Below are positions 1-9,670 of a DNA stretch of 64,000 nt, in pieces (position 1 is the stretch's first letter; the number at the start of each line of letters is the position of its first letter). A model generated the notes under the pieces. That model did no database searches. It was not told the origin of the DNA and saw only the letters and a list, made by a program, of their open reading frames with translations. This stretch comes from Candidatus Multivoradales bacterium. Its GTDB lineage: Bacteria; Acidobacteriota; Thermoanaerobaculia; Multivoradales; JAHEKO01. The stretch spans positions 1,504,001-1,568,000 of the forward strand of contig CBDFIJ010000004.1 of the NCBI GenBank assembly GCA_965248055.1, in the 5' to 3' direction. The translations under genes were made by a program, and so were the position numbers.

Positions 1-2
1 AT

Positions 3-1070
3 AGTTTTCAGGCCGCCAGCGAACACCTAGAGAACGGAGGTGCTCTGTGTATCTTTCCCGAAGGAATGAGCCACGACGAACCATCATTGCTGCGGATGAA
101 AACCGGAACCGCTCGGATCGCCCTGGACGCGGCCTCGTCCAACGAAAACCTTGGACTCAAGGTGGTTCCGTTCGGTTTGGCCTTTTCAGCCCGTGATCGC
201 TTTCGCTCTCGGGTCGGGATTGTCATTGGTGAGCCGATCCTGGTCAGCGCTGACGGTGTTGAACCAACCTGGGACCAAGTCGAAGAGCTGACTCGACGAA
301 TCGAGAAAGGCCTGTCGGCGGTGACTTTGAACTATGAGTCCTGGCGCGAGCGACGTCTGGTACACCGGGCGGTGGATCTTTTCTATCGCGAGCCAGGACG
401 CAGCGATGCGCGACCGATCGCCGACCGACTGGATAGCTATCGACGGTTTGTCGAGGCCTATCGCACCCTGCGCGCAGACCATCCGGAGATCACCACCGCG
501 ACCGCCGAGGCAGTCCTCGACTACGATCATTTGTTGAAGTTGGTCGGTCTAACCGATCGGCAAATCCTGGAGCCAGTACCCCTGCGGCGACTGGTCAGCC
601 TGGCAGCGCGAAGCCTTTTCTATCTCGTGATTGCACTTCCCGCAGCGGCGGTCGGCTTTGTCTTGCACGCACTCCCGTGGTTTCTCAGTCGGGGGCTACC
701 ACGGTGGACCAAACAACCGCTGCACCAGCGTGCCACCTACGCCGTGATGAGCGGAGTGGTGTTGGTCCCAACGATCTGGATCGGCATCACGGTCTGGGCA
801 GTGCGCGCGTGGGGGTGGAAAGGATGTTGGTTGCTGCTCTTGGCTCCAGCCAGTGGTTGGGTAGCGTTGCGGGTGGCGGAAACCACCCACCGACTGTGGC
901 ACACCACCAGAGGACTCGCGACCATGCATTTGGGCCGTCGCACCCAGCAATTGCTGACGGAAAGGCGCCGGGAGGCGCAGGTTGCGGTGGCCAGAATGGT
1001 TGAAATCTACACCGACCCCGAGAATCAACTTCCGTCCGCAGACCCGGCAAATGCCATGCCGTCGGGTTGA
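3..1070 (+). CDS. PlsC-like lysophospholipid/glycerol acyltransferase with C-terminal membrane helices (5' partial)
   Basis: Frame is open from position 3 (SFQAASEHLENGGALCIFPEGMSHDEP). Has the IFPEG and KTGTAR acyltransferase motifs and hydrophobic helices in the C-terminal half. Confidence 0.8.
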   Translation, partial: SFQAASEHLENGGALCIFPEGMSHDEPSLLRMKTGTARIALDAASSNENLGLKVVPFGLAFSARDRFRSRVGIVIGEPILVSADGVEPTWDQVEELTRRIEKGLSAVTLNYESWRERRLVHRAVDLFYREPGRSDARPIADRLDSYRRFVEAYRTLRADHPEITTATAEAVLDYDHLLKLVGLTDRQILEPVPLRRLVSLAARSLFYLVIALPAAAVGFVLHALPWFLSRGLPRWTKQPLHQRATYAVMSGVVLVPTIWIGITVWAVRAWGWKGCWLLLLAPASGWVALRVAETTHRLWHTTRGLATMHLGRRTQQLLTERRREAQVAVARMVEIYTDPENQLPSADPANAMPSG

Positions 1071-2050
1071 CGCCCAGTCTGAATCACGCGTTGAACTTTC
1101 AGCTCCGGCAGGGACATCTCAACGACTACATCGGACCGTGTCGCAGCGACCCAAAATCGACCGCCATCAGGGTCGATCTCGATGCCGATTGGCACCGGGC
1201 TCTGTTTGAAGCGGTTGGCGAACAGACGACCATCTCGGTCGGTCGAGGTGCTGAGGTCCAACCCCACTCGTCGAACAATCTTGCGAGATTCGCGATCAAG
1301 CAAGACCATCTCGCCCGAGCCTGCGGCCGAGACCAACACCCACTTGCCGTCTGGCGTGATCTCGGTGCGGATGGGGAAAGATGGCAGCGCGATCTCAGCG
1401 ACTTCCTTGAGGCTCTCGATCTCGATCACCGACACCGTGTCGGCCGCGCGATTGGTCACCCAAGCCTCTTTGCCGTCAGGACTGACGGCGATGCCCTCAG
1501 CGCCTCTTCCGGTTTGAATGTCTTTGATTTTCTCGCCGCTTATCAGGTCGATCGCGGTAACCGACCCAGAACCTATGTTGGCGACCAGGGCCAGGTTCCC
1601 GTCTGGGGTCACTGCCACCATGTGCGATACCACTTGGTCGGTTTTGACCGCCCGAAGCAATTTCCCGTTGAGGTCAAAAATCAACAGTTCGCGTTGTGCT
1701 TCGGCGGTCACTAAGAACCCGTCTGTCAGCCAAACGACACCGTGAGGACCCCGGTGGTTTCCGGTCGACAGGGTCTTGACCTGACGGGTTTCGAGGTTGA
1801 CCAAGGTCAAGGTGTCGCCATTGGCTTGGTCGTAGTTGGCAATCACGGCTTGGCTGCCATCCAGGGACACCGCGACTTCGTGCGGTGCCGGCCCGGTCTC
1901 AAGCCTGTCGGCTAATTCTCCGGTTGCTAGATCGATGATGTCGAGGGTGTCGTCGCTCTTGTTTGCAACCAGCAGAAATCCATCGCTGGCTTGAATCGGT
2001 GCCAAAAAGATCGTGATGCTCAGGAAAAAAACAAGGATCGTAACTTTCAC
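1025..2050 (-). CDS. Secreted YVTN/YncE-type beta-propeller repeat protein
   Basis: Signal peptide; repeats such as VAVSLDG, VAVTPDG..ALVANIGSGSVTAID, IAVSPDGKEAWVTNRAADTVSVI. Confidence 0.85.
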   Translation of the reverse strand: MKVTILVFFLSITIFLAPIQASDGFLLVANKSDDTLDIIDLATGELADRLETGPAPHEVAVSLDGSQAVIANYDQANGDTLTLVNLETRQVKTLSTGNHRGPHGVVWLTDGFLVTAEAQRELLIFDLNGKLLRAVKTDQVVSHMVAVTPDGNLALVANIGSGSVTAIDLISGEKIKDIQTGRGAEGIAVSPDGKEAWVTNRAADTVSVIEIESLKEVAEIALPSFPIRTEITPDGKWVLVSAAGSGEMVLLDRESRKIVRRVGLDLSTSTDRDGRLFANRFKQSPVPIGIEIDPDGGRFWVAATRSDVVVEMSLPELKVQRVIQTGRQPDGMAFAGSADGS

Positions 2051-2817
2051 TCGGCCCCTTCTGCTTTCCGCGCTGCTAGGGTTTTCTGTACCTCGTCCGC
2101 CATCATTTCGCCGATTAAGCCTAAGGTTTCTTCGCCTTCCTCCCGCGACGCCTCCGCTGGCCAGCCAAAATAGGCTTGGTCGCCGCCCAACTCCTGGAAG
2201 GTGGAGGCACCGGCTTGAATCGCCTCTGCCAGCGACCGAGGATACGGGGGAAGGCCTGCCGCAGTTTCTTCGTCGACCAAATCAGGACGGATCGCCAGCA
2301 TCAACGACCCCTCGTAGCGACCCGCGTGACAGGCTCCGGTGGCAAACTCGCCTCCAATTCGCTCAGCGTTCTTGCGCCGTGTGAGGTCGAAAAAGATCGT
2401 CTGACTGCAAACGGTCGCGCCATTCGCCCGCTCAACACCGTTGCGGATGGCGCCTACGTTGGCGGGGTCGAAGTGCGCATTCACCACCACCAACAACTTC
2501 CCTCCCGCGCGCTGAACCGCCGAGGCTGTCGCAACGACAACTTCTTCGGTCGCCGAAGGAACGACATCCACGGTGCCGACAAATTCCCCGGCGAAGCCCG
2601 CCGCCGTGTATCCATGCACCGGAAAGACCAACCCTTGGATCTCGTGGTGCGCCAATCTTTGGACACCAGCAGACGCCATCGCCTCAGCGATCCAACAGTC
2701 GGTCGCCAAAGGAAGATGCGGGCCGTGGGCCTCAACCGCACCGATCGGCAGCACGCCAATCCACCCCTCGCTTTGATCGAGCTGAGGCCACTTCTGGTCA
2801 GCGAAGTACGACATCAA
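2047..2817 (-). CDS. Creatininase-family amidohydrolase
   Basis: PIGAVEAHGPHLPLATD, NAH and HAGRYEGS metal-binding motifs. Confidence 0.85.
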   Translation of the reverse strand: MMSYFADQKWPQLDQSEGWIGVLPIGAVEAHGPHLPLATDCWIAEAMASAGVQRLAHHEIQGLVFPVHGYTAAGFAGEFVGTVDVVPSATEEVVVATASAVQRAGGKLLVVVNAHFDPANVGAIRNGVERANGATVCSQTIFFDLTRRKNAERIGGEFATGACHAGRYEGSLMLAIRPDLVDEETAAGLPPYPRSLAEAIQAGASTFQELGGDQAYFGWPAEASREEGEETLGLIGEMMADEVQKTLAARKAEGAE

Positions 2818-2867
2818 TACACCCTAGCAAAAGACTCCCAGTCGCTATCGTAAGATGCCACCCGTCG

Positions 2868-5800
2868 ATGCGTGTACGCCTGTTGATTTCAGTTCTTGGC
2901 CTTTCGGCAGTTGGAGCCGCAGTGTCAGCACAGACAGAGTTGCCGCACTGGGCAGATCCCGACGTGGTCTCAGTCAACCAAGAACAGGGCCGACCGTGGC
3001 TAGTACCCTTGGGGCCTGAAGAGGAACCCGATCGGTGGCAGATGGATCTGAGCGGAGAGTGGCGCTTTCTGTTGCTCGACCGGGCAGCTGATGTCCCCAG
3101 TGATCTGGAGGCCTCGCTGGCGCGCGACTTAGCGTGGTCAACGATTCAGGTGCCCGGCAGTTGGCAATCGCAAGGGGTCGGTAATCTTGAGCTCGCCCGC
3201 AGTGGCAACCAGAATCCGCTTTATGGCTCCGCTGGAGCCGCCAATCCAGCCGGAATTTTGTTGCGAGATTTCACTCTGGCACCGGGTTGGCAAGATCGCC
3301 AAACCTTGCTCCACGTCACCCGGGCTCGTTCCTCGATAACCGTTCTAGTCAACGGGGTTGAGGTCGGATATAGCGAAAACACTGCCGCTGGGGCTGAGTT
3401 CAATTTGACCCGCAATCTACAGTCTGGGGTCAACCGCCTGGTATTGATCGTCACCCAGTGGAGCACCAGCAGTGAGCACTCCGGCGTACATTGGACTTTT
3501 GCGGGCTTGCTCGATGAACCGCTGCTGATTTCTCTGCCGGCGGTCTATCTACGGGATCTATCTCTCGACGCTCGCTACGATCCGCAGACTGGCTCCGGAA
3601 CCCTCAACCTGCGCGCCTGGCTGCGGTCGTTTCTTCCCTACTCCTCAGAGGGATACCGCATCGAGATAGATCTGCTTGATTCCAACGGGCGCCGAGTTGG
3701 TCGTCGCTTTCGCCGCGGCGTCGCTGTCGGTGCCGCTCGAGAGATGACCGCCTCACTGCGCCTTCAGCTTGCCAACGTGCGTTCCTGGAGCGCTGAGTCG
3801 CCGAATCTCTATGAGCTGGAGATCCGACTGGTGGGAGAAGACCAATTGGTGGTTCAGAGGTCTCGCGATCGCGTCGGATTTCGATTGGTGACGTTCACTC
3901 CGACCGGCTTGCTGATCAACGGGCGGCGCGAAACCTTGCGCGGCGTGACCTTGGACGCGGATCTACCGGTAAGAGTCGTCGACTCGACTGACATCGAACA
4001 CCATCTTCATCTGCTCAAGAACGCCGGCATCAATGCTCTGCGGCTTCAGTCGCCTCTGAGTCAGCGCTGGTACGACCGAATCGACGCATTTGGTCTCTAT
4101 ACCTTTCACGATCTGCGCATACCGCCCTCGCAAGGGAATGTGGCGCGGACGTTTGAGCGAAACGTTAGCGCGGTAGAGCTTGCCAAGAATCACCCTTCCA
4201 CCCTGGCCTGGGTGTGGCGCGACACTGGACAACCGGGAGCCTCCAATTTTGGCGCCTGGGTCGAGGCCCACGATCCGACGCGGCCAGTGCTACCCAACAA
4301 ACAGGTGCGTCTGGCTTCAACGCCTCGAGCTTGGATCTTCGACCGCCAGGTGCGAAATAGCGACGCGCTCTTTGTTCTTTGGCCCTTCGGGTCGCTGCTG
4401 GGAAATAGCGGTGGTGGACTTGGCCAACTGTGGCGGATGGTTGAAACCCAAGAGCGTGCAGTCGGGGGTTTTCTTCCGCACTGGATGGCTTCGGCCACGC
4501 CCAGCGGCAGTGACGCGGTGGATCGAGGATTGGTTGATCAAAATGCCCGGCCGCTCCCCGCCTACCAAGAAATCGCCGACCTCTATCGCACCTTTCGATT
4601 CACCGCGATCGACCTCTCTACGAACACCTTTGCCGTCACCAACGACACCCACAACACCAGCACTTCCGGGACTGAGGGGCAATGGAAGCTACGGCAAGAC
4701 GGTGCGGTGGTCGCCGGCGGTCGACTCCCTCGCTTGGGTGGAGAGCCTGGAGCGACGACAGAATTTCGTATTGGCGGCCTGCCGGATTTGCTCAGTGGAG
4801 CGCAATACCACCTCACCCTGGAGTTGAATTCTGCAGTCAGTGATTCAGCGGACCAGGAAACTCTGGCCCGGGCTCAATTCGAACTGCCCACACCGGGAGA
4901 GCCTATCCTCAATCCTGTCGCGGATCTGCCACCGCTCACCGTTGAAACCGAGGGGTCCGGCAGCCGCTTGGTGTCGCGGGAGGTTGAAGTTGCGATCGAC
5001 GGTACGACCGGCTCGTTGAGTGAATTTTCCTTTCGCGGTCAGTCGATGATCGACGGCTTAGTGCGTCCCAGTCTGTGGCGAAAGCCGACCATGCTGGAAC
5101 AAGCCAACGGACTCGCGGCCATCGACCGACGATTGCAATCGATCTTCGATGGCGAACCGGCGGACTGGGTGGGTCGCCGAGTCACTGCGGGGTCACACAG
5201 CGCGGTCAGCGAATATACCGTCGCTGACGAGGGACTCTTTCGGATGCAGACCACCAGCCACGGAACGGGCGCGGTGGAACTCGCACTACATTGGTTCGGA
5301 GAACCGGGAACGCCGGATCCGCCGCGGGTCGGCGCCTCGATTCCCCTCAGCCCGCGCGCGGTGAGCGTTGAGTGGTTTGGAAGGGGACCTGGGGCCTCCT
5401 ACTCAGACCGCAAGTCGTCTGCCGAACTCGGGCGGTGGGAGACTTCGATCCCTTGGAAAAATCCCTACGTCTGGGATCAGGCTCACGGTCTTCGCAGTGA
5501 GCTCCGCTGGCTGGTCGTTTGGTTCTCAGACGCCACTGGGCTGCTGATCGTCACGCCTTCGAGCGCTTCGTTTTCCACCGGGTACCAGTCGGGCACCCCC
5601 GTTCTCTACTTGGATGGCGCCCACCGCGGCGTAGGAGCCGAGCGCGACAACGCGATTCCCAGTCGAGCGGCTCGAATCCCCCCCGGCGAACATCGCTTCA
5701 CCTTCTTACTGTTGCCGATTGTGGTCGGACAAAATCCGGCTCAACTCGCCAAGAACAGCTGGCCCAACACCGAGATCGCCGCCGCCATCCACTCTCCCTC

Positions 5801-6293
5801 TGCACCTCCAAGATGGCGGTTGCGCCATTTGGCTGTCGGGCGCCCCCTGGACATTACCGAGGCGGAAACTGACCCACCACCGACACAACAGTCGAAACTC
5901 AACGATGGCTGGAATGGATCGATCGACGCTTTCGACGGCACCTGGAGTCCGATCAACTCGTTTCCTTCTGAAATTACCCTCGACCTGCAGACCGTGGAGC
6001 CGGTCAACCGTCTCCGCTTGGGGGTTTTGCGGCATGAATCGGCCTGCGCTGACGTGCCCGCCTCGGTGGAGTTCTCTTATTCACTAGATCGTCGAAGGTG
6101 GATTGCGATGGAACCTCTGGTCGCAGAGTCCAACCCTGATTCCACTCTGTCTCCGAAGCGTCAGTGGCTTGACTATGACCTTCTCGGAAGGCCGATCCGT
6201 TGGGTTCGAGCCCGGCTTACCGCTCCAGTGAGCGTCTGCCTGCGCACCGGCGAGGCCAACCGAGTCTTGGTCGATGAATGGGTCGTCGAGTGA
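2868..6293 (+). CDS. Secreted LacZ-like GH2 protein with C-terminal discoidin/F5-8C-like domain; catalytic motifs degenerate
   Basis: LacZ landmarks in order: LSGEWRF, VPGSWQ, VNGVEVGYSE, WSAESPNLY, KNHPS, DPTRPV, GNSGG, VEWFGRGPGASYSDRKSSA. Both catalytic Glu positions are replaced. Confidence 0.8.
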   Translation: MRVRLLISVLGLSAVGAAVSAQTELPHWADPDVVSVNQEQGRPWLVPLGPEEEPDRWQMDLSGEWRFLLLDRAADVPSDLEASLARDLAWSTIQVPGSWQSQGVGNLELARSGNQNPLYGSAGAANPAGILLRDFTLAPGWQDRQTLLHVTRARSSITVLVNGVEVGYSENTAAGAEFNLTRNLQSGVNRLVLIVTQWSTSSEHSGVHWTFAGLLDEPLLISLPAVYLRDLSLDARYDPQTGSGTLNLRAWLRSFLPYSSEGYRIEIDLLDSNGRRVGRRFRRGVAVGAAREMTASLRLQLANVRSWSAESPNLYELEIRLVGEDQLVVQRSRDRVGFRLVTFTPTGLLINGRRETLRGVTLDADLPVRVVDSTDIEHHLHLLKNAGINALRLQSPLSQRWYDRIDAFGLYTFHDLRIPPSQGNVARTFERNVSAVELAKNHPSTLAWVWRDTGQPGASNFGAWVEAHDPTRPVLPNKQVRLASTPRAWIFDRQVRNSDALFVLWPFGSLLGNSGGGLGQLWRMVETQERAVGGFLPHWMASATPSGSDAVDRGLVDQNARPLPAYQEIADLYRTFRFTAIDLSTNTFAVTNDTHNTSTSGTEGQWKLRQDGAVVAGGRLPRLGGEPGATTEFRIGGLPDLLSGAQYHLTLELNSAVSDSADQETLARAQFELPTPGEPILNPVADLPPLTVETEGSGSRLVSREVEVAIDGTTGSLSEFSFRGQSMIDGLVRPSLWRKPTMLEQANGLAAIDRRLQSIFDGEPADWVGRRVTAGSHSAVSEYTVADEGLFRMQTTSHGTGAVELALHWFGEPGTPDPPRVGASIPLSPRAVSVEWFGRGPGASYSDRKSSAELGRWETSIPWKNPYVWDQAHGLRSELRWLVVWFSDATGLLIVTPSSASFSTGYQSGTPVLYLDGAHRGVGAERDNAIPSRAARIPPGEHRFTFLLLPIVVGQNPAQLAKNSWPNTEIAAAIHSPSAPPRWRLRHLAVGRPLDITEAETDPPPTQQSKLNDGWNGSIDAFDGTWSPINSFPSEITLDLQTVEPVNRLRLGVLRHESACADVPASVEFSYSLDRRRWIAMEPLVAESNPDSTLSPKRQWLDYDLLGRPIRWVRARLTAPVSVCLRTGEANRVLVDEWVVE

Positions 6294-6985
6294 CCACGAC
6301 AAAATCCAGAGTGCCGGTTTGGGCGCTGATCGTCACCGCCGCATTACCGACTCTCGCCGCCGCTGGGTACTTTTCATTGGCTGGGAAACAGGCCTGGATC
6401 GCGGTTGGCTACGGCGCAACCAAACTCTTCACTGTCGTATGGCCTTGGATCGCCAGTTGGTGGTGGCGACCGCCTGAACCCCGGCCCTCGATTGACCATC
6501 GGCGCTCCGCGCTTTTGGGAGCGGCTAGCGGGGCTCTCGGAGCGGCGGCACTTGTCGCTCTGTACTGGGGGCCAATCCATGCTGCAGCGGTTGTCGCAGC
6601 CCCGCAAATCGCGTCCAAAATCGAGATGCTCGGATTAGAAAACCGCTATTTGGCTTTCGCCCTATTCCTGTCTTTCCTTCATTCGGCGATTGAAGAGGTG
6701 TACTGGCGATGGTTCCTCTATGGTCACTTACAAACACGGACCTCCGAGCGATCGGCAACATCCATCGCCTCGCTCGCTTTCGCCGCTCATCATTTCGTGA
6801 TTTTGGCTTCCTTTACTTCCGGAATTTGGGTGGTCGTTGGAGGATTCGCGGTCGCTGCAGCGGGAGCACTTTGGTGTTTCTTGTACGCCAAGACCGGTTC
6901 CCTGTTGGGCAGTTGGATCAGTCATGTATTTCTCGACCTGGCCATTTTCTGGGTAGGTTTCGAGCTTCTTCGGCAAGTCAGCTAA
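6278..6985 (+). CDS. CPBP (Abi/CAAX-II) intramembrane glutamic protease
   Basis: EEVYWR, FAAHH and HVFLD motifs; multiple TM helices. True start may be GTG at 6290. Confidence 0.85.
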   Translation: MGRRVTTTKSRVPVWALIVTAALPTLAAAGYFSLAGKQAWIAVGYGATKLFTVVWPWIASWWWRPPEPRPSIDHRRSALLGAASGALGAAALVALYWGPIHAAAVVAAPQIASKIEMLGLENRYLAFALFLSFLHSAIEEVYWRWFLYGHLQTRTSERSATSIASLAFAAHHFVILASFTSGIWVVVGGFAVAAAGALWCFLYAKTGSLLGSWISHVFLDLAIFWVGFELLRQVS

Positions 6986-7032
6986 CAAAGAGGCAGCTTG
7001 TCTGCCGCCCAAGCCTGCTCTAGCATCCTGAT

Positions 7033-7875
7033 ATGCAATCCGATTCAAATCCATCCAAACATCCTTCAAAGGATGTGGGCTCAGAGGGGCAACAAAAAGC
7101 TCTGACCTATGCCGATTACTTAGCTGTCGAAGAGTTGCTGGCTCTCCAGAAACCAAAATCACAACCGGTGGAACACGACGAAATGTTATTCATCGTCATT
7201 CATCAGGCTTATGAGCTGTGGTTCAAGCAAATCTTGTGGGAATTTGACTATCTGACTGCAGCCTTAAGGGAGCAGCGCACTTTCGACGCCATGGCCACTC
7301 TTAAGCGGGTGCTTACCATTCTCAAGGTACTGGTTCACCAAATCGATATCCTCGAAACCATGACTCCGGTGTCATTTTCGTCATTTCGTACACGCCTGGA
7401 ATCGGCGAGCGGGTTTCAATCGGCGCAGTTTCGAGAAACCGAGATGGTGCTCGGCGCCAAGAATCCGCGCGCCTTGACTCCCTTTGAGGGCTCCGCCGCA
7501 GAACCCAGGCTCCGTCAGCGTTTGCAGCAACCTTCCCTGTGGGCGGAGTTTCTTCGTTACCTACAGCAGAGAGGGTTTTCGCTGCCCCAGTCGGCTCTTG
7601 AGCGGCCCACAGACGAAAGCACAGTGCCTGATTCTGGGGTTCAGGATGTTCTGCTCAAGATCTATCAATCGGAGCCGGACTTGCGCGACCTCTGCGAACG
7701 ATTGGTTGACCTGGATGAGGGTATTCAAGAGTGGCGGTATCGGCACGTAAAGATGGTTGAGCGCACTATCGGCGACCAAAAAGGCACCGGAGGTTCCAGC
7801 GGCGTCGACTACCTCAAGAGAACCTTGTTCCAACCGGTCTTTCCAGACCTGTGGCAGATCCGCGGACGACTTTAG
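7033..7875 (+). CDS. kynA: Tryptophan 2,3-dioxygenase
   Basis: YADYL, HDEMLFIVIHQAYELWFKQ, SASGFQSAQFR, WRYRHVKMVERTIG, GTGGSSGVDYL. Confidence 0.95.
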   Translation: MQSDSNPSKHPSKDVGSEGQQKALTYADYLAVEELLALQKPKSQPVEHDEMLFIVIHQAYELWFKQILWEFDYLTAALREQRTFDAMATLKRVLTILKVLVHQIDILETMTPVSFSSFRTRLESASGFQSAQFRETEMVLGAKNPRALTPFEGSAAEPRLRQRLQQPSLWAEFLRYLQQRGFSLPQSALERPTDESTVPDSGVQDVLLKIYQSEPDLRDLCERLVDLDEGIQEWRYRHVKMVERTIGDQKGTGGSSGVDYLKRTLFQPVFPDLWQIRGRL

Positions 7876-7893
7876 TCTGGTGAGGCAACCCTT

Positions 7894-9099
7894 TTGATGT
7901 CCGCGCCAAGTTGGAAGGCCGACCTGGTCGCCCGCGACCCCAATCCTCTGGCGCGGTTCTACACTCGCTTCCGAGTGCAGGATCGCATCTTGCTCACCGG
8001 CCATTCTCACCAAGCTTGGCCCGATTGTGGATTTGAAGGACAAGCACAGGCATGGATCGACGCTGCAGAACAGGTGGACGACAAGTGGCAGCTGGCCGCC
8101 GCCCAAGCGGACGCGGTTCGAGCGGGATATCGACGCCTACTCAAAGACTCGGAGGGGCTCTATTCTCTGAGTGCTTCGACCCATGATCTGCTGGTTCGCT
8201 TGCTGTCAGCTCTAATCGTCCGCCCGAACGCCAAGATCCTCACCACCGATCGAGAGTTTTATTCAGCAACCCGTCAATTTTTGCGGCTGCGGGAAGCCGG
8301 GTGGACGATTGATTTCGTCGACGCCGATCCGGCGCAAGACGTAGGAGTACGGCTGGCTGAGAGCATCGACGATGCCACCACATGCGTCTATGTCTCTACC
8401 GTCTTTTTTCACAATGCGCAGATTGCCGGAGGTCTACGACGGCTCGCGGAAAAATGCCAACGCAGGGGTGTCCCTTTAATCTTGGACACCTACCATCATC
8501 TCAATGCGGTGCCCTTTTCACTCCGCAAACTCGGGGCAGAGCAGGCCTATATCGTCGGCGGTGGCTACAAGTACTGCCAATTGGGCGAGGGAAACGCCTT
8601 TTTGCGGTTCCCGCCAGACTGCAATCTTCGGCCCTTAATCACCGGATGGTTTTCTGATTTTTCTTCCCTGCCAGGAGATCCCACGCGGAAGATCGAGTAC
8701 GGGCAAGGAGGAGAGCGATTCGCCGGCGCGACCTACGACCCCACCAGCCACTATCGAGCGGCTCGAGTGTTCGAGTTTTTTCGCGATCAAGACTTGACGG
8801 TCGAACTTTTGCGGGAGATCAGTCAACGGCAAATCTCCCTGCTTGCGCGGGAGTTCGACGCCCTCGATCTCGACCCCAAAACCCTCGCCCGTGACCGCAC
8901 TGTCGACTTGCATCAAGTGGCGGGATTCCTCGCCTTGCGTAGCCCCCGAGCCAAAGAAATCCAAGCGCACCTTGCGCAGCAAGGGATCGCCACCGACAGC
9001 AGGGATACCACCTTGAGGCTCGGCCCAGCCCCTTACCTAAGCGAGAGCCAACTGAAGGATGCGGTCGGTGTGTTGGGTGAGATCGTTACGCGGCTATAG
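7894..9099 (+). CDS. kynU: Kynureninase (PLP-dependent)
   Basis: Class V PLP fold (LTGHSH, DTYH, GGYKY, PLITGWF, LRLGPAPY); directly downstream of kynA. Confidence 0.88.
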   Translation: MMSAPSWKADLVARDPNPLARFYTRFRVQDRILLTGHSHQAWPDCGFEGQAQAWIDAAEQVDDKWQLAAAQADAVRAGYRRLLKDSEGLYSLSASTHDLLVRLLSALIVRPNAKILTTDREFYSATRQFLRLREAGWTIDFVDADPAQDVGVRLAESIDDATTCVYVSTVFFHNAQIAGGLRRLAEKCQRRGVPLILDTYHHLNAVPFSLRKLGAEQAYIVGGGYKYCQLGEGNAFLRFPPDCNLRPLITGWFSDFSSLPGDPTRKIEYGQGGERFAGATYDPTSHYRAARVFEFFRDQDLTVELLREISQRQISLLAREFDALDLDPKTLARDRTVDLHQVAGFLALRSPRAKEIQAHLAQQGIATDSRDTTLRLGPAPYLSESQLKDAVGVLGEIVTRL

Positions 9100-9103
9100 C
9101 CGG

Positions 9104-9670
9104 TCAAGAAACTGCGACAGCGTCGGTACGCCACTGTTGTAGTTGGCCGAACAGCTCAGCCACGGAATCGAATTCATCACTGGGGAAATTCTCGGGATGA
9201 TCCCAAAACTCCGCTAATCCTTTGGCTCCGTGCTTCTCATAATGGGCCACCTTGAGCATCAACTGGAGCTTGTCGCAGTCTTTCACCAAGCGCGCCTCAA
9301 CGGTCTTTCGCTCTTGTAGCTCGGCCAGTAACTCTTGGGGCTCGGGGCCCAACGGATGAGTGAGTTCGCCGACCACCTTGCTTTCCGCCTCAGCTTTGGC
9401 CCCAGGACGAAAATACCGGTTGACCGTCGCCGGGAGATCGCCCAAACGCACCTCTCCGACGTCATGGAGTAGGGCCATGCTCAGCGCTCGCTCAAGGTTC
9501 AAGTCAGCGATGTTCTTTGCCAGCGCCAACACCAATACCGAGACGTGCCAACTGTGCTCAGCCACCGACTCGGAGTCGGGGACTCCCCGCAAAACGAATC
9601 CCATGCGCGGTACGCGGTCCAGGTGTTGGAGTTCAAAGAAGGTCTCCAGCAAGGTCTTATTTTGTTTCAA
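9104..9670 (-). CDS. HD-domain phosphohydrolase (YfbR/HDDC2-like)
   Basis: RMGF, ESVAEHSW, LLHDVGE and DCDKL motifs. Start TTG 9670 inferred; it overlaps the end of the upstream gene. Confidence 0.85.
   Translation of the reverse strand: MKQNKTLLETFFELQHLDRVPRMGFVLRGVPDSESVAEHSWHVSVLVLALAKNIADLNLERALSMALLHDVGEVRLGDLPATVNRYFRPGAKAEAESKVVGELTHPLGPEPQELLAELQERKTVEARLVKDCDKLQLMLKVAHYEKHGAKGLAEFWDHPENFPSDEFDSVAELFGQLQQWRTDAVAVS

Noticed and set aside
1025-1070. 46-bp convergent overlap of the acyltransferase and YVTN genes
   Set aside because: Short tail-to-tail overlaps are common in compact genomes.
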